A DNA stretch of 64,000 bases, from IMG/VR virus record IMGVR_UViG_3300005805_000042; one strand, given 5' to 3'. Numbering within the stretch: position 1 is the stretch's first letter; each line of letters starts with the position of its first letter. The notes below the pieces were generated by a model. The model made no database searches. It had not been told where the DNA came from and was given only the letters and a program-made list of their open reading frames with translations. Positions 9,686 through 21,131 of this stretch are shown piece by piece. This stretch comes from a virus. The translations under genes and the position numbers were made by a program.

Positions 9686-10593
9686 TACCCGACTATTGTT
9701 GTGAAGTTTTTAGTAAAATCAATGTTAGCACCCCTATCTTGACGAACCTCATATAGAAGTGCGTTAAACTGGTCACGAATCTCAAATAAGTTGTATTGTT
9801 TGTAGATATTGTTATCACTGTCGTAGATAGTGTAAACTCCATCTTCAATACTCTTGGTTTGATTTCCATAAAGGGCAATTGCCAGAGATGAAATATCGTA
9901 CTCAACCATGTCAACCTCAATGGTTACAGGGTTAAAGAAAGTATTCGAAATAATAATGTTTTGAGCAGGTTGACCAATAAATGGTGTCGCGTTCGGTTTA
10001 TTGGTCGGTGATGACGATGGTGAAACCGTACAGAACATAAGGTTAGTAACCCCATCAACATAACGATAACGAATTGCTTTCTGCGTTGTATTAACCTGAT
10101 TGACAACTACCGGCTCACAAAAGAAATTCGAAGTTATTATTCTAAAAAAGTTTGGAATCTTAGACCCGTCAGAGTTTAAGTATTCCACCCTAAAACCAAT
10201 CAATCCTTGTGGTGTAAACTTATTCCTAAATTGGCTTGGCACATTAGTAAGGTCAATAATAATACCTTTAACATTGGGAAGTGCCGACAACACACCACAA
10301 TCTGTAATTGATGTTCTGATTTGTGCGGGTCTTAACATCATAGTGTATATCCCCACCTGATTAAAGACATCAGCTGGTAGGGTAAGGTTGTATAACCCAC
10401 CCAAAACTTCCACATTAGCATTACCGCCAGTGGTTGCGTTATTAAAGTAAGGTCTGAGAACCGATGGTGCGTCCAATGATGTTAACACAAAATCAGCAGT
10501 TTCATCCCTTGAGGGTGTATAATTCAAGATGATTTCTACATCTTCAGGAGATACATCCGCCGTTCTTAGTGTGCCGTAGGTTCCGATTGCCAT
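9685..10593 (-). CDS. Hypothetical structural protein
   Basis: 302-aa ORF with TATTTAT motif upstream, coupled to the downstream gene. Confidence 0.6.
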   Translation of the reverse strand: MAIGTYGTLRTADVSPEDVEIILNYTPSRDETADFVLTSLDAPSVLRPYFNNATTGGNANVEVLGGLYNLTLPADVFNQVGIYTMMLRPAQIRTSITDCGVLSALPNVKGIIIDLTNVPSQFRNKFTPQGLIGFRVEYLNSDGSKIPNFFRIITSNFFCEPVVVNQVNTTQKAIRYRYVDGVTNLMFCTVSPSSSPTNKPNATPFIGQPAQNIIISNTFFNPVTIEVDMVEYDISSLAIALYGNQTKSIEDGVYTIYDSDNNIYKQYNLFEIRDQFNALLYEVRQDRGANIDFTKNFTTIVG

Positions 10594-10612
10594 TTGAAAA
10601 GTTTCTTATTTT

Positions 10613-10620
10613 TATAAATA
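10613..10620 (-). promoter_or_regulatory. TATTTATA late-gene motif
   Basis: About 20 nt upstream of ATG 10593. Confidence 0.6.
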
Positions 10621-10622
10621 GT

Positions 10623-11693
10623 TTATCCCTTATTTTCTATGGTGTAATATCTATAACCATAGTTTATTAACCCTGAAAGGGTAGATACCTCACCCAACCT
10701 TTGAATTTGTTGGTAAACAGTGTTTTTACCCCTTTCAACAAATACAGTGGTGATAATCTGTGGTTGGTCCTGAATTTTAATTAATAATTCGTCCTTTGTT
10801 ATCGGCACGGCAGTTAACATATCACTTGTGAACCCACTACTGTTTTGGAAATAGATACTCGACCCATCCGAATAGTCATAGTAATTTGTATCTTGAATGG
10901 TATACGCTGTAAACACCGAATTCATATCGGTAATCACCCCATAAGGTTGAGCGTTTTGGAAAACAGGAACACCAACTTGGTATTCAACAGGTCCATACAA
11001 TGCAAGTTCCGATACCCTTGATGATGTTAATCCCGAAACAACAAAAGGGACTTGAGTATATCCTGAAGAAATTTCACTCTCCACAGTGTTAACCGCATCT
11101 CCTGAGAAAATGTAATCGTAACTCACAGGTGTGTTAGCCCAACTTCCACCCAAAGGAGTAAAAAACGCCCTACCTAACGGGTTATAAATAACCGCATTGG
11201 TAAATGGTACTTGGACAACCTTTGAAACCGTATTAACCCCAAACGGAGTGGTCTGTTTCATAGTAATTGTATACCCCGAAGTTGTATTAGGATAAACATG
11301 GGATAAAGTATCACCAGTGAAAATCTCGTCGGGGGTATTATCCCCCCAGTTTATCGTATAGGCGGCAAGTCCCAAGTAAGTGGCCGCCCTATCGGAAGAA
11401 TTGTAAACGGTATAGACATAGGGAGAGGTTGTAGCTGCCGTGAAAATAAAATTCGTCACCACATCTTTCTGCTCTGCGGCGCCATCAAAAGGGGAGTAAT
11501 ACCCCAAATCAATGGTGGTCTCGGTGAGCATAATACACAAACTAAGTCCCGTCATAATGGAACTACCGTTTGTACCCCCACTTAAAATCTGAGACATTCC
11601 TGAGTAAACCCCAATGGTCTCACCACTTATATCAACAAAAGATAAATCTGATGTGATATTCGCTGGTCCAACAACAAAACGATAATCAGCCAT
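10623..11693 (-). CDS. PKD/Ig-like domain structural protein
   Basis: YTINWGDNTPDE...LSHVY...YTITM matches the PKD WxxGD...HxY signature. Confidence 0.55.
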   Translation of the reverse strand: MADYRFVVGPANITSDLSFVDISGETIGVYSGMSQILSGGTNGSSIMTGLSLCIMLTETTIDLGYYSPFDGAAEQKDVVTNFIFTAATTSPYVYTVYNSSDRAATYLGLAAYTINWGDNTPDEIFTGDTLSHVYPNTTSGYTITMKQTTPFGVNTVSKVVQVPFTNAVIYNPLGRAFFTPLGGSWANTPVSYDYIFSGDAVNTVESEISSGYTQVPFVVSGLTSSRVSELALYGPVEYQVGVPVFQNAQPYGVITDMNSVFTAYTIQDTNYYDYSDGSSIYFQNSSGFTSDMLTAVPITKDELLIKIQDQPQIITTVFVERGKNTVYQQIQRLGEVSTLSGLINYGYRYYTIENKG

Positions 11694-12525
11694 TTGGTCC
11701 TACATATTCATACCATTTTATGGGAGTTGTTGTACCTACTCTATCAAAGGTTATTATGTCATAAACGACATATTTTTGGCTCGGATAATCTAACTTATAC
11801 AAGTAATAAAAATTGAAAGTATTATTCACCGAAAAAGAATTGATGTTCTGAAGACTCTGCGGACGATTAATCATCCTAACAAATTGACCTGTCTTAGCAT
11901 TGTAAAACTTGCAAGAAACATAAAACTCATCCAAGTTAATGTATTCCCTAGATTTCAACCAATACAAGAAAAACCCATCAGTATCACCAACAAAATCCAA
12001 AGAATATGCCGGTTTGTTAATTAAAACATTCTCACCTTGCATAACAACCGGCATCTGTTCTCCCTGAGTGGTGGGGATAATAACTGTCAGATAATTGGTC
12101 TGACCTACCTGACTTGGTGAATTGTAAAAGTCTAACTTAAAGAAACTTTTACTAAACGCATTTGAATAGTAATAAATTTCATTGTAGGTAAACCCCTCGG
12201 CATTGTAATCACTTACCCAATTCTGAGTTGACCCCGTTCCATTGATTGTCCCACCCGAGAAGAAATTAAACTCGTAATTAATACTTGTTCTAATTGTTGA
12301 GGGGGGTTGAATTACATTTGTGGTGGGAGGAATAAAAGTATATCCCGAGTGAGAAAACCTTGTTGTTTCAAAATCAATTCCTAAACCAGCAATATCCTGA
12401 TTGATTTGAGCCTCTAATTTATTAATCTCATTTTCAGTATCCAACAATTCCCAATCGAGCATAACAGGAATCTGAAGAACTTTGTCTTCATTGGTTAAAC
12501 CCAATTTAATCTGATACTTATTCAC
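11686..12525 (-). CDS. Hypothetical structural protein
   Basis: 279-aa ORF overlapping both neighbours by 8 nt. Confidence 0.6.
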   Translation of the reverse strand: MNKYQIKLGLTNEDKVLQIPVMLDWELLDTENEINKLEAQINQDIAGLGIDFETTRFSHSGYTFIPPTTNVIQPPSTIRTSINYEFNFFSGGTINGTGSTQNWVSDYNAEGFTYNEIYYYSNAFSKSFFKLDFYNSPSQVGQTNYLTVIIPTTQGEQMPVVMQGENVLINKPAYSLDFVGDTDGFFLYWLKSREYINLDEFYVSCKFYNAKTGQFVRMINRPQSLQNINSFSVNNTFNFYYLYKLDYPSQKYVVYDIITFDRVGTTTPIKWYEYVGPNG

Positions 12526-14212
12526 AATCGTCTATTATTGGTTGAACTGCAATGTTAAATCCACTCAACAGATTTTGGAAGTTTCCACCCTCAGGAATCA
12601 ACCTGAATATCTGATTTGAGAACGGATAATGTGCTCGGTTTAGGTATGGGAAGTTAACTCCTCGGTCTAATTCATCAAACTCCCCATATAAATAAGGTTC
12701 TCTAAATCTAAAAGTTTGGTCCTGAGAAGAAAAAAATGCCCAATTTGGAATGTTTTCAACTCCTTGGGCTGGTGCGGTTTCGATATAATCTGAAAATACC
12801 TTGACCACCATAGGATTATGGGGGAGGTAATAGTACCCTTGAGAATTAGATGTTGGGATTGACTCTGTTGTAAAAATATCTTGATTGAAATTAATTTTTT
12901 GTACATATCTCGACACCACCAACTCTGTTTGAGTGTAGTCGTTCCACTCACAATAATCACCATCAATTAATTCACCCTCATTTAATACCCTGTTGTAGTA
13001 GAAAGTTTCAGTTGTTCCGTTGGTTAGTGTATAAGAATCAACAGGGATATTAGTGTAACAATCTTGATTGCCATCTGACCACCAACTATCAGAGATATTT
13101 TGTATATTAAATACCCACCCCTGTTTTAACCCAACCCCATTATTTGGCTTGTTAAAATACCCACTATAACCTTTGTTCACTACTGACAAAAATATTTCAC
13201 CAACAGGACGATTTTGGTTATCGGTAATACCACTTAATACTACATCTTGTGATACGGTAACTGTGTAAGTTAAGGAGCTCGTTTTTTGTGAAATCCTTGT
13301 GATATTATTGGGGGTAATTGAACTGTATTCTAATTTTCTTTCATTAGTAAATGCGTTGAGTTCAAACCCTGTTTTATTAACGATTACATTATTCTCATTT
13401 AATAATATTCTGTTTTTTCTTACATAATATTTTGAACGGGTTTCGATTAGATTGTTCGGGTCTAAAACCCTTTTAAAGGTACCAGTTCTACCATCCGCAA
13501 AAGTATTTCCTGTATAACCTATATTCAAGATATTGAATACAAAATTCGAACTATCATAATTTGAATTACCAAATGAAAAGACTTCGAAGACGGTCTGTTG
13601 GTCATAACCAAATGAAAGTTCAACAAAATTTCCTTCAATCAAGTTATGTGGCATTAAACATTGAAATGATATGATATTTGCACCACCTTGTGTGGATGCC
13701 GATACTATAAAAGGGATACCATCACCCGACAACCAATTTATTGTGGTGTTTTCATATGTTCCCTCCATGGGTATGTCATAATCGTTCAGAGCGGCATAGG
13801 TAATATAGTAAGACCAGTTGTAGGTATACGCACTCGAAGCCTGATAGTCAAAATGTCCATCACGGACATTGGGACGGAACATATCGAATTCATAAAACTG
13901 AGGAAATCCCCTCCAAACACCACTTAGTCTAGATTGTGTTGGGTCGACATAATATAAATTGTTCTTAAATGGATTATACTCGGTGGTACCTGTATATGTA
14001 TTATCATACAAATATTGAATCTTAAATGTCGGTCTAAATCTCTGTGATGCTTGTCTTTCATCATCATACAACTGAGGTAGAGAAATTGCGTTGTTTCTTA
14101 CATATTGTGTCAACTCTTTTTGAGTTTGATTCAAATCTATAGTAAGTTTTTGGTCAACGATTGGTGCCGACTTAAATTGTAATTGAGATGGGATAAGTTC
14201 AAATCTATTCAT
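12518..14212 (-). CDS. Hypothetical structural protein
   Basis: 564-aa ORF in the coupled baseplate operon. Confidence 0.6.
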   Translation of the reverse strand: MNRFELIPSQLQFKSAPIVDQKLTIDLNQTQKELTQYVRNNAISLPQLYDDERQASQRFRPTFKIQYLYDNTYTGTTEYNPFKNNLYYVDPTQSRLSGVWRGFPQFYEFDMFRPNVRDGHFDYQASSAYTYNWSYYITYAALNDYDIPMEGTYENTTINWLSGDGIPFIVSASTQGGANIISFQCLMPHNLIEGNFVELSFGYDQQTVFEVFSFGNSNYDSSNFVFNILNIGYTGNTFADGRTGTFKRVLDPNNLIETRSKYYVRKNRILLNENNVIVNKTGFELNAFTNERKLEYSSITPNNITRISQKTSSLTYTVTVSQDVVLSGITDNQNRPVGEIFLSVVNKGYSGYFNKPNNGVGLKQGWVFNIQNISDSWWSDGNQDCYTNIPVDSYTLTNGTTETFYYNRVLNEGELIDGDYCEWNDYTQTELVVSRYVQKINFNQDIFTTESIPTSNSQGYYYLPHNPMVVKVFSDYIETAPAQGVENIPNWAFFSSQDQTFRFREPYLYGEFDELDRGVNFPYLNRAHYPFSNQIFRLIPEGGNFQNLLSGFNIAVQPIIDDCE

Positions 14213-17200
14213 CGGCTAAGTATTTTGATTTGAACCTATCCAGAGCACTAGCCCCATTTATTAGTCCAAAATAGAAATGATTTGGTGCCCCCACGGCATA
14301 AATACTTGGGTAGTTTCCTGCAGTGGCTGAGTTATTTCCATTTGCGTCAACATTGAACAGATAACCTCTTGCGTATACATCATTGAGTTGTGAGTTAGAA
14401 CCCAAGAAATAGGATGGTTGTGATGGGTCTGTTCTGTCTAAAGACTGATAATTTTTACTGAATATCTCTGAGTTATCTGTCGCCCAATTGTTACTTTGAG
14501 TACCAAAAATTCCAACGGAATTACCTAAGTTAAGGACAGTCCCAATGGTATTTACCCATGAAGCGACATCATCTCTTTCCCAACGATAAAAAGGGACTCT
14601 TTGTGATTTCAAATCGTAATAGTAAGGGAACGCGTTGGAATTGGGTGTTGGTCTAAAATTAATTCTACCCGGTGATAAATAATCTTTGTACTGAAGGTCT
14701 TCTGTTGTTGAAGAGAAAAACACTCCCATAACGGAGAACCCATTCGGATTTCGAGATATAAAAATCGGATTATTCAGACCATTAGGGTCATCTTGATAAT
14801 TTTGAGAACTGAATTTGAGAACGCCAAATTCAGAATTAATTGATAATAATTGGGTTATATCCCCATCTAGTCTTCTTTCTGGCCTCGAAAATAAACTGTC
14901 GATAGCCAAGTTAGTACCAACCACTCCCGGGAAAACAGTTGTGATATATCTTAGATAGAATGAGTTAGTCATTCTAGTTATCACAAATAAATTTAACAAA
15001 TCTCCTGTGTCTCCATAACTCGTGGGATTTAAAACATCCATAACAAATCCATCATCAGATGGATTTAGAGTAAGTTCTTTGAAGATATCAGTTTTAGGAC
15101 CAAGATTCATAATTGTTACTGGCATCTGTAAGCTGTAGTCATTTATTGAACCTGTAAGAGAACTATTAAATTTACCAACAAATACATCGGATGTTGGGCT
15201 ATAGGGACTACTTCGATAGTAAAAATTGTTACTATCATCATTGTAATAAATTAAATCTTTACAAAAAACTCGTCTCGAAATTTGATTATTTCCCCCATAT
15301 AATGTCCTTATCGCAAAAGGAAAGGCATAGAGTGTTCCATTTACCCAATTATTGGAAAATGTTTGTGAAACAACTCCTTGACACAAAGCATAAAAAAAAC
15401 GATAACGGAGTCCCCATTCATTAAAATTAACAAGGTCTTTCGGTAAATCTATAATTAGTCTTCTCGCAAAGACATAACACCCTTGGTCTACTGAATCTGA
15501 CTCTGGACAATTAGGTTCTATAGTAACGGTCGAACCTGAATTTGAATAACAATTTAGACTTACCATGTTGGCACAGGAAAAAGTGTCTAACACATTCAAT
15601 GCATCGGGTAAATCTTCGATATCGTTTCCAACAATGTTTGCGCCTGCACCATAAGTTGTGGTTACCAAATCCTGTCCACCAGCTTCAATAATGTACATTG
15701 TAAAACCTCTATTCATTTGAAGTACCGGCACTATGGAATTAAAATCCTCCCCGTCTAAAAAGTCAGATGATGGGAGTCTATCTGTCCGTAAAACATTTAA
15801 TGATTTGTTAGACATATTAATTTGGTCGTTGGGTGCTGTTACTGTCGGTAGTAATGAGAAACTAAAATAGACGCTACTACACTGATTGGGGTTATTCGGT
15901 GGCCCCGCCGAAGTCGGTGGGGTATTTCCACCACCCAATTCTGTAAAATAAAAATCAGCCCCCGATAAGTCCTCAACCGCATCATATTTAGCGGGATTGG
16001 GAGTTGAACTGAATGACTTATTTGCGTTATTACTAACAACAATTTCAACTGAGTTTAAGTTGGGTGTGTTCAAATAGTTAGAAACAAATCCAAATGTTCC
16101 TGAATCATTGGGATAAATAGAGTAGTTTCGATTACCATCAATTGCACTATAGTAACCAACATTACTTGTTGTAAAAGCCGAATAACCATTACCTCCTTCG
16201 AAAAAATATGAAGGGTAAAAAATATTATTCTGTGATGTGTGTTGTTGGACAGAAATATTATTAGCAGGTAAAGATTGAATGGGAATGTTTAATCTTGTTT
16301 GTGCGGTAAATGTAAGAGAATCTGTATTCGGTAACCCTAAAATACTACCAATACCATAACGATTCACATATAAGGGAGAATAAGGGTCAACACCTCTTTG
16401 TAAAATTAAAATATATTGGTCATCAAACCCACTGAAAAAGTCTCTTGTTTTAATATTCAAAGCAGTTTGAGACTCCCAATTTCCTAAATCTCTTCGTGAC
16501 CAATATATTTCGGTAGATGAATTTAATATTTCTAAAAGTCCTTGATTATTAGGTGCAAGAGCAAAAGCATCTGAGACAGTAATTGCTGTCAAAACTTGGT
16601 AATATTCCAAGTCTGCTGGAAATTTGTAATTAGTTATTGTTGAACCGGTATTTAAAAAGTAAGTTTCACTAGCATTTGTAGTTTGGTTTACGGCATAATT
16701 GACAGTAATTGAACCAGCACCTGACTGTAATGTTACACCTGAAATACCATTAAAGTCTGAATTCCCCGAAAATCTAAAGTTTACATCAGTTGTATTTTCA
16801 ATACCCACACAAGTTAATAAAGTTCCTGGTTCTAACGAACTTTGGGATAAAATACTCAAAGTGTTGTCATAGTGTTTCGTCGTAGTATTTGACGGATAAT
16901 CAAAACTTACACTTATTCTATTAACCCCATCAAAATATTTTTTTCTAGTATTAAAAATATTAATTCTTTGAGCCATTGGAATGTCCGAGGAAATCGCAAA
17001 AACTTTTTTTGGAACACCAAATGTGTTTGTGGTGTCGGGTAATCTTTGAATTTGTGATTGTGTAGACCGATTCTGTAAAATTTTATCTGCAGGACCAGTT
17101 CTTGTACCTATTGCCTCAGAAAAGATTAAAGATAAGACAGAAACATTTGCATCACTTGGTTCTCCATCATCACCAATTTTTTCCGGTGGTAATCCTGAAT

Positions 17201-19190
17201 AATCTTCAATAGATTCAAAATATAACCCACTAGTTGTTAATGATGTTAATAATGATGTAGGAGTCGCGTCTCCAACCCCGTCAAGTCCAGCTGTGTTACA
17301 TTCACAATTGGAACATTCGGGATATGTAATCATTGGTAATTTTAAGGGTTTGAATTTCAAAAATTGAGCGAATCGTTGAATTCCCAAAGAGAGTCTTGTA
17401 CCACCAGCCAATAAACCTGCGCCAATAATAATTAATGGGATTCCTGCACCACCAAAAATTGCTAATATTGACCCTATAGCTATTAAGACATATCCAAGTA
17501 TGTTTTGAAATCTTACAACAAGATTTAGTATAAAAACTACGATTTGGACTATAGCCCCTAATAAATGATAGACAACCAAAAATGGTGTGAATATTACTTG
17601 AATAAATTGCATCAAAATTGAAAACAAGAAAAATGACAAACTAAAGTTTTTTACACCATCATTAACTGGAAATTTGTTAACTGTTGTCGCGCAATCATTG
17701 TCACCGATTTCCTTTACCCCAATAAATCGACCTCTATTAAATCCCCTCTTGTATTGGTCTATTAAACCTGATGGTGTGTAAACTTTGTTATACTCCATTT
17801 CGTAGAAGGTGTCATCACAATTAATTGCCGTCTGTAGTTTTTGATTAGATACTGTTGCAGATTCAGCGTCAGTATATCCTGTCCAATCAAGTCCAAAATA
17901 ATAGGAACTAGCAAGCTCCCGATTTGTATTTAACGCATTAGAGTAATTTGGGTCTATAATCGGGGTTCTCCATCCCCACTCTCTAACATTTGGCAATAAA
18001 AAATAACCTCTTTTTACAGGGTCAGTGTCAGTGGGGGACTGTTGCCATTTAACTTTAAACCTGTATTTTCCTTTTGTTGGAATTCCAACCCTTGGGTCTC
18101 TTGAGAAAACTCTTTGGCCATCTTCATTTGTGGTTACATAATCCAAATTCATTGGGACCTCAACCAACCACGCTCCATTCTCATCAATTACATTTCCAGA
18201 GTTTTCAAGTCTATATTCTTCTAAAATGGGTCTGCCTTGGTCATCTTGAACTAATGTTTGTCTAACTGATAGTAACTGACCAGGTCCAGCAGTTAAATCA
18301 CATAGGTTACCCATATTATCTTTTGGTTTACAGCCAGCAGTGAGTAATGAAGGAGGGTCGTTTCCAAATCCCAATGGTGCCGGAATCATAAATTCATCTG
18401 TAGTTGAAAAAAAAGAACCCATAAAAACCGCAGTGGGTTGTATGTCAATATTTGCCTCATCTCTAAGGTCAAAGTCAATACGACTAATTGAGGATTGACA
18501 AATTTCAGGTTCACCCCAAAAAGGTGCTACTTCGAAAACCTTGGTGATATTAACAATTTGGGGGAGAGTATCTAAATCTGATGAAGTTCTAAAAGTATTT
18601 CCCGCAACTTGTGCTTCTGTAGCACGACCGATTCTGATTAAATCTTGCGGTGTTAGGGAAAATTCTCCAATATCACTAAGGTCCAAATCCATAACAATGG
18701 TTTGTTGCCCCACAGGAACTCCCAATATCATGAAATCACCACTTTCATTTGTCTTAACGGTAAATCTGTAATACTTGTCGTAGATATCCACAACAACTGG
18801 GTCTTCTAAAACATCCTCTCTTGATGGGAATGTTCCTGTGGCTGCGTGTGAAGAATATGATTTTAAATAAGGTAGGAGATTAAATCTATACCCATCAACA
18901 TTTTTATCATTAGGTTGAGTATATGGATATAGTTCAACAATCCTGTCATTAAGAGAATCAACCTCACTTATGGGTATAAAAATCGAAACTTTCGAATTAG
19001 GTATGCCGAATCCACTATTTGCGACAACCCTACCTACGACAACACCAAAATCCGCACAATCCCTTGGATAAACATCATTCTGTGAAATCTGTAATGATAG
19101 AATTTCTAAGAACTCAAAATCTTGGTCTAATTGAAATGTAAGGTTTCTATCTACACCAACTTGTGTGTTTATTCTAAATGATTGTCCCAT
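14205..19190 (-). CDS. Giant baseplate-associated protein with internal hydrophobic (TM-like) segment
   Basis: 1661 aa. N-terminal VVGRVVANSGFGIPNSKVSIFI beta-sandwich-like start; hydrophobic run at about 17400-17645; directly downstream of the gp6-like gene. Confidence 0.6.
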   Translation of the reverse strand: MGQSFRINTQVGVDRNLTFQLDQDFEFLEILSLQISQNDVYPRDCADFGVVVGRVVANSGFGIPNSKVSIFIPISEVDSLNDRIVELYPYTQPNDKNVDGYRFNLLPYLKSYSSHAATGTFPSREDVLEDPVVVDIYDKYYRFTVKTNESGDFMILGVPVGQQTIVMDLDLSDIGEFSLTPQDLIRIGRATEAQVAGNTFRTSSDLDTLPQIVNITKVFEVAPFWGEPEICQSSISRIDFDLRDEANIDIQPTAVFMGSFFSTTDEFMIPAPLGFGNDPPSLLTAGCKPKDNMGNLCDLTAGPGQLLSVRQTLVQDDQGRPILEEYRLENSGNVIDENGAWLVEVPMNLDYVTTNEDGQRVFSRDPRVGIPTKGKYRFKVKWQQSPTDTDPVKRGYFLLPNVREWGWRTPIIDPNYSNALNTNRELASSYYFGLDWTGYTDAESATVSNQKLQTAINCDDTFYEMEYNKVYTPSGLIDQYKRGFNRGRFIGVKEIGDNDCATTVNKFPVNDGVKNFSLSFFLFSILMQFIQVIFTPFLVVYHLLGAIVQIVVFILNLVVRFQNILGYVLIAIGSILAIFGGAGIPLIIIGAGLLAGGTRLSLGIQRFAQFLKFKPLKLPMITYPECSNCECNTAGLDGVGDATPTSLLTSLTTSGLYFESIEDYSGLPPEKIGDDGEPSDANVSVLSLIFSEAIGTRTGPADKILQNRSTQSQIQRLPDTTNTFGVPKKVFAISSDIPMAQRINIFNTRKKYFDGVNRISVSFDYPSNTTTKHYDNTLSILSQSSLEPGTLLTCVGIENTTDVNFRFSGNSDFNGISGVTLQSGAGSITVNYAVNQTTNASETYFLNTGSTITNYKFPADLEYYQVLTAITVSDAFALAPNNQGLLEILNSSTEIYWSRRDLGNWESQTALNIKTRDFFSGFDDQYILILQRGVDPYSPLYVNRYGIGSILGLPNTDSLTFTAQTRLNIPIQSLPANNISVQQHTSQNNIFYPSYFFEGGNGYSAFTTSNVGYYSAIDGNRNYSIYPNDSGTFGFVSNYLNTPNLNSVEIVVSNNANKSFSSTPNPAKYDAVEDLSGADFYFTELGGGNTPPTSAGPPNNPNQCSSVYFSFSLLPTVTAPNDQINMSNKSLNVLRTDRLPSSDFLDGEDFNSIVPVLQMNRGFTMYIIEAGGQDLVTTTYGAGANIVGNDIEDLPDALNVLDTFSCANMVSLNCYSNSGSTVTIEPNCPESDSVDQGCYVFARRLIIDLPKDLVNFNEWGLRYRFFYALCQGVVSQTFSNNWVNGTLYAFPFAIRTLYGGNNQISRRVFCKDLIYYNDDSNNFYYRSSPYSPTSDVFVGKFNSSLTGSINDYSLQMPVTIMNLGPKTDIFKELTLNPSDDGFVMDVLNPTSYGDTGDLLNLFVITRMTNSFYLRYITTVFPGVVGTNLAIDSLFSRPERRLDGDITQLLSINSEFGVLKFSSQNYQDDPNGLNNPIFISRNPNGFSVMGVFFSSTTEDLQYKDYLSPGRINFRPTPNSNAFPYYYDLKSQRVPFYRWERDDVASWVNTIGTVLNLGNSVGIFGTQSNNWATDNSEIFSKNYQSLDRTDPSQPSYFLGSNSQLNDVYARGYLFNVDANGNNSATAGNYPSIYAVGAPNHFYFGLINGASALDRFKSKYLADE

Positions 19191-19204
19191 TCAAGGTTTT
19201 AATG

Positions 19205-19211
19205 ATAAATA
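19205..19211 (-). promoter_or_regulatory. TATTTAT late-gene motif
   Basis: 14 nt upstream of ATG 19190. Confidence 0.6.
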
Positions 19212-19286
19212 TTTATGGTGTTTTTTTTTGAAAAAAACAGTTTTACTTAAATAAAATATACCCCGATTGGAAATTAAATAAAGGTG

Positions 19287-21125
19287 TTAAGAAAAAGAAA
19301 CATTTTGTAAGTTTTTAACCCTCACAATAATATCTTTTTGAGGATATCTAACTTGATATATCTGATTTGGCTCAGCAAAAATTGTGTCATCAATTGGTTT
19401 TATAATCCGTAACTCGGGGTCCGAATATGCCATTGATGTTTCTGAGGAAGAATATTGTCCGCCAACTTTGTTTTCGATTGTAATATCTGCAACTGTAATA
19501 ACACCTGTAGTACCTTGTACAATACTTCTAAGTTGGGATAGGTAAACATTTCCACCCAGTTCTCTACTAAGTGGATTAAAGTAATCCGAAATTTTATTTA
19601 CAACTTCTGAAATAATTTGTCCCGAGTTTTGTGTTGCGTCCAAAACCACTGAAAAATCAACACCCAAATCAATTACATCCGCAGTTGTCACCTGAATGTA
19701 GTCATTTATCATACGATAGTTTGACAAATAATCGGCAACATTCTGTCTGAGTGTATTAGAAACAATATTAGTTAATTTACCTGAAGTGTCATACGACAAA
19801 AGATTAATTAAAATCTTGTTATTATTTTCAGTAATAGATACCTTTGCGGGAGCACCAAATTGACTTGGCATATTCCTCAATAACGATTCGTAATCATTAA
19901 CTGTCACCGCTCTTTTTTGTGCTGAGAAATTAAATGATACATAGTTTCTAACTTCTTCGGTTGTGGGAACATTTGACCCACCAATTGCAGCGGTAGGATT
20001 ATTACATCTTAATGAATTGATTACCGAACTGTTAATGGTTTGTGACGGTCCATTCACAAAAAATGAAACAGTTCCAATTTGATTAATAACATTTGTACCA
20101 ATGTTAGTTGCCAATCCACCACCGATTCGGTATTGTACAAATAGAGTTGAGTTCGGAATCAAAGTTGAACCGAGTGAAAAGTTATTAGATAAAGATTGTA
20201 AATTGACTGGTGTACCCAAGTTTGTAAACGCATTCAATTGGTCTTGTGCCGAAGTTGTTCCACCACCAAAAGTTAACTTTAAAAACCCTTCAGGCGTATA
20301 TTCAGTAATAAATCTGTTGTTAGTTTGAATATATCTACCAACTTTAAGACCTGGTTGGTCAGAAACTTTAGTGGGGTCTTCAATAAAAACTCTGTCTTCG
20401 GCAAGTGCGTCGACTTCTAATAATCGGTTTTCTAAACCAATAAATTCGGATGCTGTTGGAACATTTGTGTAATTGGTTCCTGATTTTTGGAGAACACTGG
20501 TAACGCCCAATACATTCTTTTCGGGTAGAAATAATTCAAAAAATGGTCTGACATCACTTGCATTAATAACTCTTTTGAATACTTTAGTAATACCATTAAC
20601 AACAAGTTCTCTTTTAGTGATTGTATAATTAATTAAATTTCCGTTAGCATCAAAGTTTGGAATTTTCGTTCTGTTTGGAAATCCTGAGCTATTATATGGG
20701 GAAGCAAAATCCACATCATTTTGATTTTCAAATGCAATACCGGCCCCAAAAACCTGAGAACCTCTTGTCAATATACCAAGATATCTTTCATCTTCTTTAT
20801 CACCAAAAGCAGGTACTGTAATCGAATAATCAACCAATGCTACAGATGGTCTTTGACCTGGAATCTTAAGACCATATGTTCTTGCAATATTATAAATTGA
20901 TGACCTTTGTTGTGCAAATTGGAGTACGGTTTCTTGAATACTCCTATCAATGTTATAATGTAAGTTATCGGCAACAGCGGCATTTAAATCTAAAAACACC
21001 GAAAATACTGACGCATCGTTAAAATCTTGAATTAGTTCAGGGTAATAAGACCTGACATAATTTTGTAATTCGATTCTAATACTTTCGTAATCTCTCGCAG
21101 TATAGGAAATTCTGTTGTTAGCCAT
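19287..21125 (-). CDS. Baseplate wedge subunit (T4 gp6 / baseplate J-like)
   Basis: ISYTARDYESIR N-terminus, GG...EEVRNY...AQKRAVTVNDYE motif; adjacent to gp25-like gene. Confidence 0.85.
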   Translation of the reverse strand: MANNRISYTARDYESIRIELQNYVRSYYPELIQDFNDASVFSVFLDLNAAVADNLHYNIDRSIQETVLQFAQQRSSIYNIARTYGLKIPGQRPSVALVDYSITVPAFGDKEDERYLGILTRGSQVFGAGIAFENQNDVDFASPYNSSGFPNRTKIPNFDANGNLINYTITKRELVVNGITKVFKRVINASDVRPFFELFLPEKNVLGVTSVLQKSGTNYTNVPTASEFIGLENRLLEVDALAEDRVFIEDPTKVSDQPGLKVGRYIQTNNRFITEYTPEGFLKLTFGGGTTSAQDQLNAFTNLGTPVNLQSLSNNFSLGSTLIPNSTLFVQYRIGGGLATNIGTNVINQIGTVSFFVNGPSQTINSSVINSLRCNNPTAAIGGSNVPTTEEVRNYVSFNFSAQKRAVTVNDYESLLRNMPSQFGAPAKVSITENNNKILINLLSYDTSGKLTNIVSNTLRQNVADYLSNYRMINDYIQVTTADVIDLGVDFSVVLDATQNSGQIISEVVNKISDYFNPLSRELGGNVYLSQLRSIVQGTTGVITVADITIENKVGGQYSSSETSMAYSDPELRIIKPIDDTIFAEPNQIYQVRYPQKDIIVRVKNLQNVSFS

Positions 21126-21131
21126 ATAATC

